Shown: positions 7,787 through 15,160, numbered from the stretch's first letter. The stretch is 34,529 bases of DNA from Candidatus Woesearchaeota archaeon (GCA_964363545.1 CAYIIQ010000002.1:1-34529); one strand, 5' to 3'. Notes: generated by a model not told the origin, from the letters alone. Numbers and translations are program-made.

Positions 7787-7999
7787 TTTTTAAGATAAAG
7801 AATCCTTATTTAAAAAAGTATCTTTTAAAAATACTATTATTTTAATAGTTTTATAACAATCTTCAATAAAAATTTTAATATCTTTGTTACCACTGCTCGC
7901 TTTTATTACTGGAACAATCTGGATTCTTAGATAGATAAATTTTTAAAAGTGATCAGATTTTCTAACGAGAAGTATCTCTCAATAATCTGAGAAATTTAT

Positions 8000-8072
8000 A
8001 GCCCTGTCGTCCAGTGGTCAAGGATACGAGGCTTTGGACCTCGAGACCTAGGTTCGAATCCTAGCAGGGCTA
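8000..8072 (+). tRNA. tRNA-Gln(UUG)
   Basis: AGCCCTGTCGTCCAGTGGTCAAGGATACGAGGCTTTGGACCTCGAGACCTAGGTTCGAATCCTAGCAGGGCTA. Acceptor AGCCCTG/CAGGGCT (A1:U72 as in archaeal tRNA-Gln), anticodon stem CGAGG/CCTCG, loop CU-UUG-GA, T arm CTAGG-TTCGAAT-CCTAG. Confidence 0.9.
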
Positions 8073-8125
8073 TTTTCAAAAACGAAAAACTAAAAGTTTA
8101 AAAACTATCTTGTAGAAAAACAAAT

Positions 8126-8494
8126 ATGGTAGCTAAAAAAATTTCACAAACAGCAGTCTCTGAGCTTTCTGATAAAAAAATCCAAGACACAATACTTGAA
8201 CTGGCAAAACAAGGTATGACAACTGAAAAAATTGGATTAGTTTTAAAAGATAAATATCATGTTAATCCTAAAAGAGTTTTAGGTAAAAAAATTGGCCAAA
8301 TTATTAAAGAAAAAAATCTATATAAAGATCCGGACATAAATAATTTAAATTTAAGTTTGGAAAAACTAAAAAAACATCATGAAAAACACAAACATGATCA
8401 TAAAGTAAAAATAGCAATTTTAATTAAAGGGGCTAAACTAAACAAATTAATGCGTTACATGAAAAAAAAGGGGCAAGATGGAGCAAATTCTTAA
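8126..8494 (+). CDS. rps15: 30S ribosomal protein S15 (uS15)
   Basis: Archaeal S15/S13e-type N-terminus (ELAKQGMTTEKIGLVLKDKYHV) and a basic helical C-terminus. Precedes a RecJ-like gene. Confidence 0.8.
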   Translation: MVAKKISQTAVSELSDKKIQDTILELAKQGMTTEKIGLVLKDKYHVNPKRVLGKKIGQIIKEKNLYKDPDINNLNLSLEKLKKHHEKHKHDHKVKIAILIKGAKLNKLMRYMKKKGQDGANS

Positions 8495-9791
8495 AGAAGC
8501 TGCAGAAACTTTTATCGAACTAATTAAAGATAAAAGTGTAAAAGTAATAAGCCACTATGACTGTGATGGTATTACTTCTGCTGCTATAATGGCAAAAATT
8601 CTTAAAAAACTAGATAAAAAATTTTCTATAAAAATTGTGAAAAATCTTGAAAAAGATTTTGTGAAAAATTTGAAAGTAAAAGAAGAAGAGATTATTATTT
8701 TCCTAGATTTAGCAAGTTCCACTCTTGAAGAGATAGGAACATTGAAAACAAAAGTTTTTGTTATAGACCATCATGAAATTTCAAGCATTCCTGCAGAAAA
8801 CACGATTTTTGTAAATCCTCACTCGATTAATGAAGAAGAAGTAAGCAGTTCTGGCCTCGTATATTTATTTTCAAAACAAATAAATGGAAAAGACAAAGAC
8901 CTTGCAAACTTAGCAGTAGTTGGAATGGTTGGAGATATGCTTGACAGGAGGATAAGTAAACTAAACAATCTAATTCTAAAAGATGCTGAAATAAAAATCA
9001 AAAGAAGTATTTTATTATATCCTGCAACACGCCCAATTAACAAGACTCTCGAATTCTCCTCATCGCTTTTCATTCCAGGAATAACTGGAAACTCAAAGGG
9101 CGCGGCTAACATGCTAAGAGAAATAGGAATAAAAAAAGAAAATGATAATTACAAAAGCTTAATAGAACTTGATGAAGAAGAACTCGGAAAATTAATTACA
9201 GCAATATTATTACGAACAGGAAAATCAGGAGAAGATATTATAGGCAACATCTATTTAATAAACTTTTTCAACAAGCTTGAAGATGCAAGAGAAATAAGTG
9301 CAATGATAAATGCATGCTCTCGACTTGGATACAGCAATATAGCTCTTTCATTCTGTCTTGGAGATAAAAAAACTGCAAGAAAAACAGAAGATATTTACGC
9401 GAAATATAAACAACAAATTATTTCAGCATTAAACTATGTTGAAAACAACAAAATAGAAGGAAGAAGATATATAATAATAAATGCAAAAGACAATATTAAA
9501 GACACTATCGTCGGAACAATTGCAAGTATAATGTCAATGTCTTTTAATTGTAGTGAAGGAACAATAATTGCAGTTATGGCATACGACAAAGATAAAATAA
9601 AAGTTTCTGCAAGAATTGCCGGAAGGAATGGTAGAAATGTTCGAGAAATACTTGAAAAAACAGTTAACGAGATTGGTGGAGAGTGTGGCGGGCATGCTCA
9701 AGCTGCGGGCTGTTTAATAAAAAAAGATTCAGAAAAAAAATTCATAGAAAGTTTAATAAAAAACTTGGAACTTGAAGTAGTAAAGATTTAA
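8478..9791 (+). CDS. DHH/DHHA1 phosphoesterase, RecJ/GAN (Cdc45)-like nuclease
   Basis: DHH motifs HYDCDGITSAAI, DHH (VIDHHE) and GMVGDM, plus DHHA1 GGHAQAAG near the C-terminus. Confidence 0.8.
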   Translation: MEQILKEAAETFIELIKDKSVKVISHYDCDGITSAAIMAKILKKLDKKFSIKIVKNLEKDFVKNLKVKEEEIIIFLDLASSTLEEIGTLKTKVFVIDHHEISSIPAENTIFVNPHSINEEEVSSSGLVYLFSKQINGKDKDLANLAVVGMVGDMLDRRISKLNNLILKDAEIKIKRSILLYPATRPINKTLEFSSSLFIPGITGNSKGAANMLREIGIKKENDNYKSLIELDEEELGKLITAILLRTGKSGEDIIGNIYLINFFNKLEDAREISAMINACSRLGYSNIALSFCLGDKKTARKTEDIYAKYKQQIISALNYVENNKIEGRRYIIINAKDNIKDTIVGTIASIMSMSFNCSEGTIIAVMAYDKDKIKVSARIAGRNGRNVREILEKTVNEIGGECGGHAQAAGCLIKKDSEKKFIESLIKNLELEVVKI

Positions 9792-9845
9792 AAACTCTTT
9801 TAATTCTAAGAAGATTGCTGGGAGACGGGAGAAAAGTAAAGAAAA

Positions 9846-10556
9846 ATGTCAAATAAAAAAATCGAAGAAGGGAGTGTTGTATTATGTACTGTAGAGAAAA
9901 TTTCAGGAACAACAGTTTTCCTGAAAATAGAAGATAATGTGGTTGGAACTATGATTACAAGCGAAGTAGCTCCTGGAAGAATCAGGAATTTGAGAGATTA
10001 TGTATTTCCTAACAAAAGAGTTGTATGCAAGGTTTTAGAAATAGACATAAATAACAACATTCATTTAAGCTTAAGAAGAGTTACAGTAAAAGAAAAAAGA
10101 GATGTGCTTGACAAATATAATAAAGAAAAAAGTTTTGAGGGAATTTTAAAAACAGTTGTGAAAGAGCCAGAAAGTGTGTGGAAAAAATTAAAGCAAAAGG
10201 AGGATGTAGTTACATTTTTCGAAACAGCAAAGGAAAATCCCAAAATTCTTGCTAATTATTTCACAAAAGATGAATCAGAAAAAATATCTAAAATCTTAAA
10301 AGATAGAAAAGAAAAAGAAGTTTTAATAAAGTCTGGATTTAAGTTGATAAGCAAAACAAAAGACGGAATAGAAACAACAAAAAAAATACTTTTGCCATAC
10401 AAAGAAAATATAACATATATCGCAGCAGGAAAATTCCAGATAAAATTATCTGCAACAGATTATAAAAAGGCAAACTTAACTCTCAATAAAATTTTAGAAG
10501 AAATTCATAAGAAAGCAAAAGAAGAAAAGGCTGAGTTCGAATTTTTAGATAAATGA
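9846..10556 (+). CDS. eif2a: Translation initiation factor 2 subunit alpha (aIF2-alpha)
   Basis: N-terminal S1 domain (EEGSVVLCTVEKI...SEVAPGRIRNLRDYVFPNKRVVCKVLEID...HLSLRRV). The C-terminal YIAAGKFQIKLSATDYKKAN parallels YQGAPRYRIDITAPDYYKAE of Pyrococcus aIF2-alpha. Confidence 0.8.
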   Translation: MSNKKIEEGSVVLCTVEKISGTTVFLKIEDNVVGTMITSEVAPGRIRNLRDYVFPNKRVVCKVLEIDINNNIHLSLRRVTVKEKRDVLDKYNKEKSFEGILKTVVKEPESVWKKLKQKEDVVTFFETAKENPKILANYFTKDESEKISKILKDRKEKEVLIKSGFKLISKTKDGIETTKKILLPYKENITYIAAGKFQIKLSATDYKKANLTLNKILEEIHKKAKEEKAEFEFLDK

Positions 10557-10599
10557 AGAAATAGATAAATTTGTGCGTGGATTTATATGAACAATATCA

Positions 10600-10652
10600 C
10601 AAAATCCTTGTGTGTTACCATGCACTAAAGTGCATGGTTTGTCTGGATTTTG
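10600..10652. repeat. Structured repeat, family A, copy 1 (stem / internal loop / stem hairpin)
   Basis: Lower stem CAAAATCC/GGATTTTG, internal loops TTGTGTGTT and TTGTCT, upper stem ACCATGCAC/GTGCATGGT, loop TAAA. Second copy at 34472..34524. Confidence 0.7.
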
Positions 10653-10656
10653 GGAG

Positions 10657-10723
10657 ACAGAACAAAAGACAATTCTGAAAGAATTGTCCACTGCTTAAAA
10701 GCAGTGGTTTACTTTTATTCTGT
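10657..10723. repeat. Structured repeat, family B, copy 1 (closing stem plus two hairpins)
   Basis: ACAGAACAAAAG...CTTTTATTCTGT closing stem (one C-A mismatch) enclosing ACAATTC-TGAAA-GAATTGT and CCACTGC-TTAAAA-GCAGTGG. Second copy at 16189..16253. Confidence 0.7.
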
Positions 10724-10770
10724 ATTAAAAATATAAAACACAGACCTAAAAAATACAATCCAAAAATAAC

Positions 10771-10935
10771 ATGAAACTAAAAAAATGCCAAGTTTGTGGA
10801 AACTACACCTTAAAACAAGAGCATTGTGAAAAAGAAACGAAACAATCTGGATATAAGTTTATAAAACCTAAAACAATTTCTTCTGCGGCTCAACTTCCAC
10901 AATCTTCCCATACTCACCATCATACCCAGGTTTAA
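10771..10935 (+). CDS. nop10: Nop10-like H/ACA RNP protein (54 codons, not in the ORF track)
   Basis: ATG 10771 to TAA 10933-10935: MKLKKCQVCGNYTLKQEHCEKETKQSGYKFIKPKTISSAAQLPQSSHTHHHTQV. KKCxxCGxYTLKxxxC and YKF match the archaeal Nop10 N-terminus (MKKCPKCGLYTLKEICPKCG...PPKFS), but the second Cys pair is lost. The last 68 nt overlap the convergent EndoQ-like CDS. Confidence 0.45.
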   Translation: MKLKKCQVCGNYTLKQEHCEKETKQSGYKFIKPKTISSAAQLPQSSHTHHHTQV

Positions 10936-12088
10936 TGTTTAATTTTCCTTCTCTATTCTTAACAATCAACTCAACAAGTTTATTATCTATTTTTTTTCTT
11001 AACAATTCTTCTTTGCTAACATTCAGTAAAATATTAAACTCGCTACCAAAATTTTCAATCAGTTCATTATAAACATTCCAACATTTCACAGACGAAAGTT
11101 GCGTATTTAAAACAAAAGCAACTAGTTCATGTAAAGGTGTAAGTTTGTAAAAAGGTTTTGCATTTCGAGGCATATAACCTTTGTTTTCACTTGCAAGCTC
11201 TTCAATTCTATTTTCTACTCCAATTATTAAAGCTCTACCACACTTAGGACAAATTCCTTCGAGCCTTTTAGTTTCTTCAGGTGAGCATGAAAAATTACAA
11301 TTACGATGTCCATCATAATGATATTTTCCATATTCTGGCGGAGTTTCTACTGTTGCTTTCAAACCTTGTCCTGTTCTAATTGCCTTAACAATATTTTCAT
11401 AACTTAACTCACACTCAAAAATAGTTGCTTCTCTTCCAATTCTCCAAGGCCAAAAGCTATGGCTATCAGAAAAACTTACAATAGATTTTTCATGTAGCTC
11501 TTTAATACGCCAATTCATATCAGGGCTCGAGCTAATCCCTGTTTCAATTGCATAAACTTTATTAGCTTTTTCATTAAATGCTTCTTTCAAACTGTTAAAT
11601 CCAGAAACACTTCCAAAAATACCAAACCAAGGGGTCCATGCATGAGCTGGAATAATTTCAATTTCTTCGCTAATTTCTTTCATTATTTCAACAAATTCAG
11701 GGCAAGTTATGCCAAATATCGGCCTGCCATCATAATCTAATCTACCTCTTTTAGACAAAACTTCTATAATTTGATAGGCAACTTCTTTATTAGGTGCAAA
11801 AACAAGCAAATGAACAGCTCTTCTCTTTCCATCTTGTGAATACATTAAACTTATTTCAGTCTGCCAGAGAAAAGGAAATTCAGTTTTAGTCCACAAAATT
11901 CCATTATCATCCTCTCTCAGTTTTTCATTAATCTCTTTAAAATGAAGTGGATGTTGAAAATCTCCAACTCCTAAAAGATTCAATCCTTTTATCCGTGCAT
12001 ATTTTTCCAAATTCTCAAAGCTTAAATTTTTACTTGTAGCTCTTGAATATTTCGAGTGAATCTGTAAATCAGCAATAATTTCTTTCAT
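10868..12088 (-). CDS. PHP-domain endonuclease Q (EndoQ)-like protein
   Basis: ADLQIHSKYSRATSKNLSFENLEKYARIKGLNLLGVGDFQHP (PHP metal site), an internal zinc knuckle CNFSCSP...CPKCG, and the C-terminal PGYDGEYGKI typical of the TIGR00375/EndoQ family. Confidence 0.7.
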   Translation of the reverse strand: MKEIIADLQIHSKYSRATSKNLSFENLEKYARIKGLNLLGVGDFQHPLHFKEINEKLREDDNGILWTKTEFPFLWQTEISLMYSQDGKRRAVHLLVFAPNKEVAYQIIEVLSKRGRLDYDGRPIFGITCPEFVEIMKEISEEIEIIPAHAWTPWFGIFGSVSGFNSLKEAFNEKANKVYAIETGISSSPDMNWRIKELHEKSIVSFSDSHSFWPWRIGREATIFECELSYENIVKAIRTGQGLKATVETPPEYGKYHYDGHRNCNFSCSPEETKRLEGICPKCGRALIIGVENRIEELASENKGYMPRNAKPFYKLTPLHELVAFVLNTQLSSVKCWNVYNELIENFGSEFNILLNVSKEELLRKKIDNKLVELIVKNREGKLNIKPGYDGEYGKIVEVEPQKKLF

Positions 12089-12133
12089 AAAATTTCAAGA
12101 ACAAGAGAGTTTAAATTACTAACTAAGCTGGAG

Positions 12134-12181
12134 AGTGTTAGGAATTCGTGGCTTAAGTAATAGTGTTAAGAGGCGTGGCTT
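12134..12181. promoter_or_regulatory. Imperfect tandem direct repeat AGTGTTAGGAATTCGTGGCTT / AGTGTTAAGAGGCGTGGCTT
   Basis: Read directly, with a period of 28 nt. Lies 46-93 nt upstream of the EndoQ-like start (12088), distal to a minus-strand AATTTAAA TATA-like box, and downstream of the Tyr-rich gene that ends at 12258. Confidence 0.35.
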
Positions 12182-12257
12182 TTTTATTGATATTTATATC
12201 CTAATTTCTTGACTTTAGTCATTCTTTCTTTTCTGGCTATATCACTACAAATTTTAA

Positions 12258-12566
12258 CTAATACCACCTAAACCTATTCGGTATATAAGGCGGCATGTAA
12301 AAACTGCCGGAATAATCGCCACCACCATAATATCTGCTATTAGAATAAGGAACACCATAACCTCTAACTTGATAACTGAAACTGTTCTCATAGTGCAAAA
12401 GCGAGCTACTCTGCACATTTACATAATAAGGTCTTGGCCTATAATAATCATATCCTCCACAATAATATCCATAGCAGCGATCATATCTATGATAAGAGTG
12501 CATTGCTGAAGCAAAGCTAACCATCAAAACTAAACCCAATATCAACAACAAAATCACTTTTTTCAT
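12258..12566 (-). CDS. Small secreted Tyr/Gly/Ser/Arg-rich protein
   Basis: Signal peptide MKKVILLLILGLVLMVSFASA, then about 80 residues containing 20 Tyr (hand count) in YY, GY and RY dipeptides, plus a CYGYYC pair. Confidence 0.6.
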   Translation of the reverse strand: MKKVILLLILGLVLMVSFASAMHSYHRYDRCYGYYCGGYDYYRPRPYYVNVQSSSLLHYENSFSYQVRGYGVPYSNSRYYGGGDYSGSFYMPPYIPNRFRWY

Positions 12567-12631
12567 ATTTTTTAATAGTAAGCTGAATATATAAGATTTA
12601 TTGTTCTTTAATAGATATTTTAGAAAGTGAT

Positions 12632-12997
12632 TTATCGTCCACCAAATCTAGTTGAAACATAGCCACCATAACGAGGGTATAGACTATTATAGCTTTGTGA
12701 ATAACTTGGAGCTTGACTATAACTATACCTATGCCTCATCCCAACATCAGCAGGATTTGATGTTGTAGTCGTGTAATAAAAAGGATTATAATAGTTATAT
12801 CCATTATTTCCACTTCCAGATATTGATACAAAAAGATTCCCGCCTTGATAAGGACCTTGCCAAACAATATCATAATAATCACTTCTTCTTAAAAGCGAGT
12901 CATAATATAAAAACCTGTGTGATGCAGAAACTGTTGACATAACTAGTAAAGCAAATGCAATTCCAAAAACCAACAACAAACTGAATTTTTTTACCAT
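12632..12997 (-). CDS. Small secreted Tyr/Gly/Ser-rich protein (compositional paralogue of 12258..12566)
   Basis: Signal peptide MVKKFSLLLVFGIAFALLVMSTVSAS, then 17 Tyr in the mature part (hand count), with YY, NYY, FYY and SYSQ repeats. Confidence 0.6.
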   Translation of the reverse strand: MVKKFSLLLVFGIAFALLVMSTVSASHRFLYYDSLLRRSDYYDIVWQGPYQGGNLFVSISGSGNNGYNYYNPFYYTTTTSNPADVGMRHRYSYSQAPSYSQSYNSLYPRYGGYVSTRFGGR

Positions 12998-13098
12998 TTT
13001 ATAATAATAAATTATTCTCGTTACTTATAAAACTTACTACACTATAAAATATATTTTATAAGATATATATCTAAATATATATTTTAGTTTAGATAAGT

Positions 13099-13110
13099 AA
13101 AATTTAAAAA
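13099..13110 (+). promoter_or_regulatory. TATA-like box for the 5S rRNA gene
   Basis: AAATTTAAAAA centred about 25-30 nt upstream of the inferred 5S 5' end. Position-based inference only. Confidence 0.3.
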
Positions 13111-13131
13111 CTCTTTCCATTAATAAAGTTT

Positions 13132-13244
13132 GAAGACGGCCTTAGTAGTCAGGAAACACCTGTTCCCTTTCCGAACACAGAAGTTAAGCTGGCTATGTTT
13201 ATGTCTGTACTCTTGCAAAAGGGGAAGGCATAAAGCTGTCCTCG
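13132..13244 (+). rRNA. rrf: 5S ribosomal RNA (stand-alone)
   Basis: GAAGACGGCCTTAGTAGTCAGGAAACACCTGTTCCCTTTCCGAACACAGAAGTTAAGCTGGC...GCTGTCCTC contains the conserved CCGAACxCxGAAGTTAAGC loop C/helix III segment. The terminal helix is GAAGACGGC/GCTGTCCTC. Followed by a T-rich tract. Ends are accurate to about 3 nt. Confidence 0.85.
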
Positions 13245-13284
13245 TTTTCCTTAAATTTTTATACCTGTCTTCCTTCCCACAATT

Positions 13285-13548
13285 ATGAAAAAATCTCTAA
13301 CAAAACTTGAAGCTGAAAATAAAATTGAAAGCTTTTTCAAAAATCTAGAAGATAAAACTCCTGAAGAAGTAAAAAAAATAAAAAGGCTTGCTATGTCTTA
13401 CAACATTAAACTAAAAGATAAAAGAAAAAAAAGTTGTAAGTATTGTTTTTCTCCATTTACTTCTAAAAATTCAAAAACACGAATAAAAAATAATATGAAA
13501 GTTGTAAAATGTCTAAGTTGTAGCAAGATTAACAGGTGGAAAATATAA
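13285..13548 (+). CDS. rnp4: RNase P protein component 4 (Rpp21/Rpr2 family)
   Basis: IKRLAMSYNIKLKDKRKKSCKYCFSPF...VVKCLSCSKINRW, a helical N-terminus followed by a CxxC...CxxC zinc ribbon as in archaeal Rpp21. Confidence 0.7.
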   Translation: MKKSLTKLEAENKIESFFKNLEDKTPEEVKKIKRLAMSYNIKLKDKRKKSCKYCFSPFTSKNSKTRIKNNMKVVKCLSCSKINRWKI

Positions 13549-13584
13549 TAGAAATATTTAAAAAAGGACATGTTTAAAATTTGA

Positions 13585-13848
13585 ATGGTATATTTTATGT
13601 ATAACTTACCTAAAGAATATAGAGCTATGCTTCAGAGAAAAATATGTCAAGTAGCTAAAGATTGTGGAAGTGGTGGGATTATAGAACTAAGCAGAGAAGG
13701 AGTTATTAAAATTATATTTTCTTATCCTGATAGAAGAACAGAACACTGGAGATTTGGAACTTTAGATGAGATAAAACGTGCAAGGGCTGAAGAAGAAAGG
13801 ATGAAAAGAACATTACGAAAAAGTCAATTAGAGACAAATCTTAGCTAA
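13585..13848 (+). CDS. Hypothetical protein (87 aa)
   Basis: Open frame only. No motif recognised. Confidence 0.4.
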   Translation: MVYFMYNLPKEYRAMLQRKICQVAKDCGSGGIIELSREGVIKIIFSYPDRRTEHWRFGTLDEIKRARAEEERMKRTLRKSQLETNLS

Positions 13849-13916
13849 CAATCAAAACTTCTTAAACATCAAAATACTCATAAATTCAGATTTTGTGTCT
13901 TAAAAACCTATAACGA

Positions 13917-14114
13917 TTAAAATTTCTTGAACTTTCCAACTTCCTCAATTAAATCAACTTGCCCAAGGAACATTGCTCTACAACAATATCTCTCCAATCC
14001 GAGATCATCAAGCACTTTCCCGGCTTCCTCTCCGTCTACCACTCTTTTTTTATAATCTTCCCACAATTGAGCTATTGGTTTTCCACAGCTAAAACATCTA
14101 ATTGGAATTATCAT
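13917..14114 (-). CDS. rpoN: DNA-directed RNA polymerase subunit N (Rpo10)
   Basis: [21 protein letters not shown]...[18 protein letters not shown], the canonical RpoN/Rpb10 zinc bundle. Confidence 0.9.
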   Translation of the reverse strand: MIIPIRCFSCGKPIAQLWEDYKKRVVDGEEAGKVLDDLGLERYCCRAMFLGQVDLIEEVGKFKKF

Positions 14115-14247
14115 TTTAAAATTTTAAATAAAAATTTATCATTTACGAATAGATTAAGTATGACGTCTCCCTTTTTAAAATTTTCGCTACCCGGCTAAAA
14201 GTACTTAAAAACGCAAAATATTTATTTTCCACTGAATTAGGAGTTAA

Positions 14248-15153
14248 ATGAAAAAATCCAAGACTATACCTATTTTGTATATGTTATTCTCTTCTTTAAA
14301 TTGTGGCTCATCTCAACAGAATAGTTCCTTTTCACAAATCACACGTCCTAAATTCTCTAGGCCTCTAATTCATCAATCTCAAAAAGTTTCTTACAATCTT
14401 GAAAATCTTTTGTTGACAGACCTCTCAGAAAAAGATCTCTCTCTGTATGTCTATATTCAAGAATCTGAAAAAATATGGGACTATCACGAATACAAAGAAG
14501 AGCTTTTCGGATATATAAAAGACTTTTTCAAGAAATATGGAATTAATTGTAAAATAACATACTCTCAAGATCTTTTAGCAGGATTTAATTCGGCAGAGGT
14601 TGTAGGAGTAGAAATATTAGACTCTGACAAAAGTTTTGAAGAAAGATACTCCAAGTTATGCGACCAACATCCCGAAAAAATTAAGAAAAAAAATTCTCTC
14701 TCGACATTAAAGGGGTATGCTGTAACTGAAATAGGAATTAGTTTAATTAATGGTGGATGGGAAGAATTTAGAGATGACATGTCGAGAGAAGAAGTTGAAG
14801 AGCAATTTAAAGAGGAAATTAATGAAATTACGAAAAAAGAATTTATTCTCAGGCAAAATGCTGGGAATATCTGCCACGAAGTTCTACACTGCCTTGGACT
14901 TTTTCATCCTAGCGACTTACCCTCAGTTGTAAAAGAATTCGAAGGAAAGATTCCAAATATCATGACAGGATATCCTCTACAATTTTCAAGAGAATATCCC
15001 CTAGGCAGCTGTTTAACTCCCATCCAAATACGAATGATTCACAGCTTTATTTCACAAGACACATTCTATAAATGTTTTTGTGATTCAAACAGAGAACTTG
15101 AAACTTTTTTAAAAAGAATATCAGAAGAAAATAATTTAAGATTAGCAAACTAA
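14248..15153 (+). CDS. Putative secreted/lipid-anchored metzincin-like zinc metalloprotease
   Basis: N-terminal hydrophobic segment ending LFSSLNCGSS (possible lipobox). HEVLHCLGLFH matches HExxHxxGxxH, and a candidate Met-turn (PNIMTGYP) lies about 25 residues downstream. Confidence 0.55.
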   Translation: MKKSKTIPILYMLFSSLNCGSSQQNSSFSQITRPKFSRPLIHQSQKVSYNLENLLLTDLSEKDLSLYVYIQESEKIWDYHEYKEELFGYIKDFFKKYGINCKITYSQDLLAGFNSAEVVGVEILDSDKSFEERYSKLCDQHPEKIKKKNSLSTLKGYAVTEIGISLINGGWEEFRDDMSREEVEEQFKEEINEITKKEFILRQNAGNICHEVLHCLGLFHPSDLPSVVKEFEGKIPNIMTGYPLQFSREYPLGSCLTPIQIRMIHSFISQDTFYKCFCDSNRELETFLKRISEENNLRLAN

Positions 15154-15160
15154 GAATAAT

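Noticed and set aside
7878-7930. Possible third, degenerate copy of the family-A repeat: ATCTTTGTTACCAC...AATCTGGATTCTT resembles ATCCTTGTGTGTTACCAT...GTCTGGATTTTG.
   Set aside because: Only the two ends resemble the family. The central segment cannot form the upper stem and the lower stem is not complementary. It could be a decayed copy or chance similarity in A/T-rich DNA.
7949-7990. Possible C/D box sRNA just upstream of tRNA-Gln: GTGATCA ... CTGA. tRNA-sRNA dicistrons are known in Nanoarchaeum.
   Set aside because: The C box deviates at a critical position (GUGAUCA versus RUGAUGA). The span is only 42 nt and has no recognisable D'/C' boxes. It is too weak to call without a covariance model or expression data.
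10600-10740. Reading the family-A and B elements as a two-hairpin H/ACA guide RNA for the adjacent Nop10-like gene. ACA triplets occur at 10657-10659 and 10738-10740.
   Set aside because: The upper stems are perfectly paired with small UAAA/UGAAA loops, so there is no K-turn or K-loop for L7Ae. The first ACA lies about 18 nt from the top of the internal loop instead of about 14-15 nt. The elements are multi-copy, which is unusual for guide RNAs. I keep this only as a low-probability hypothesis.
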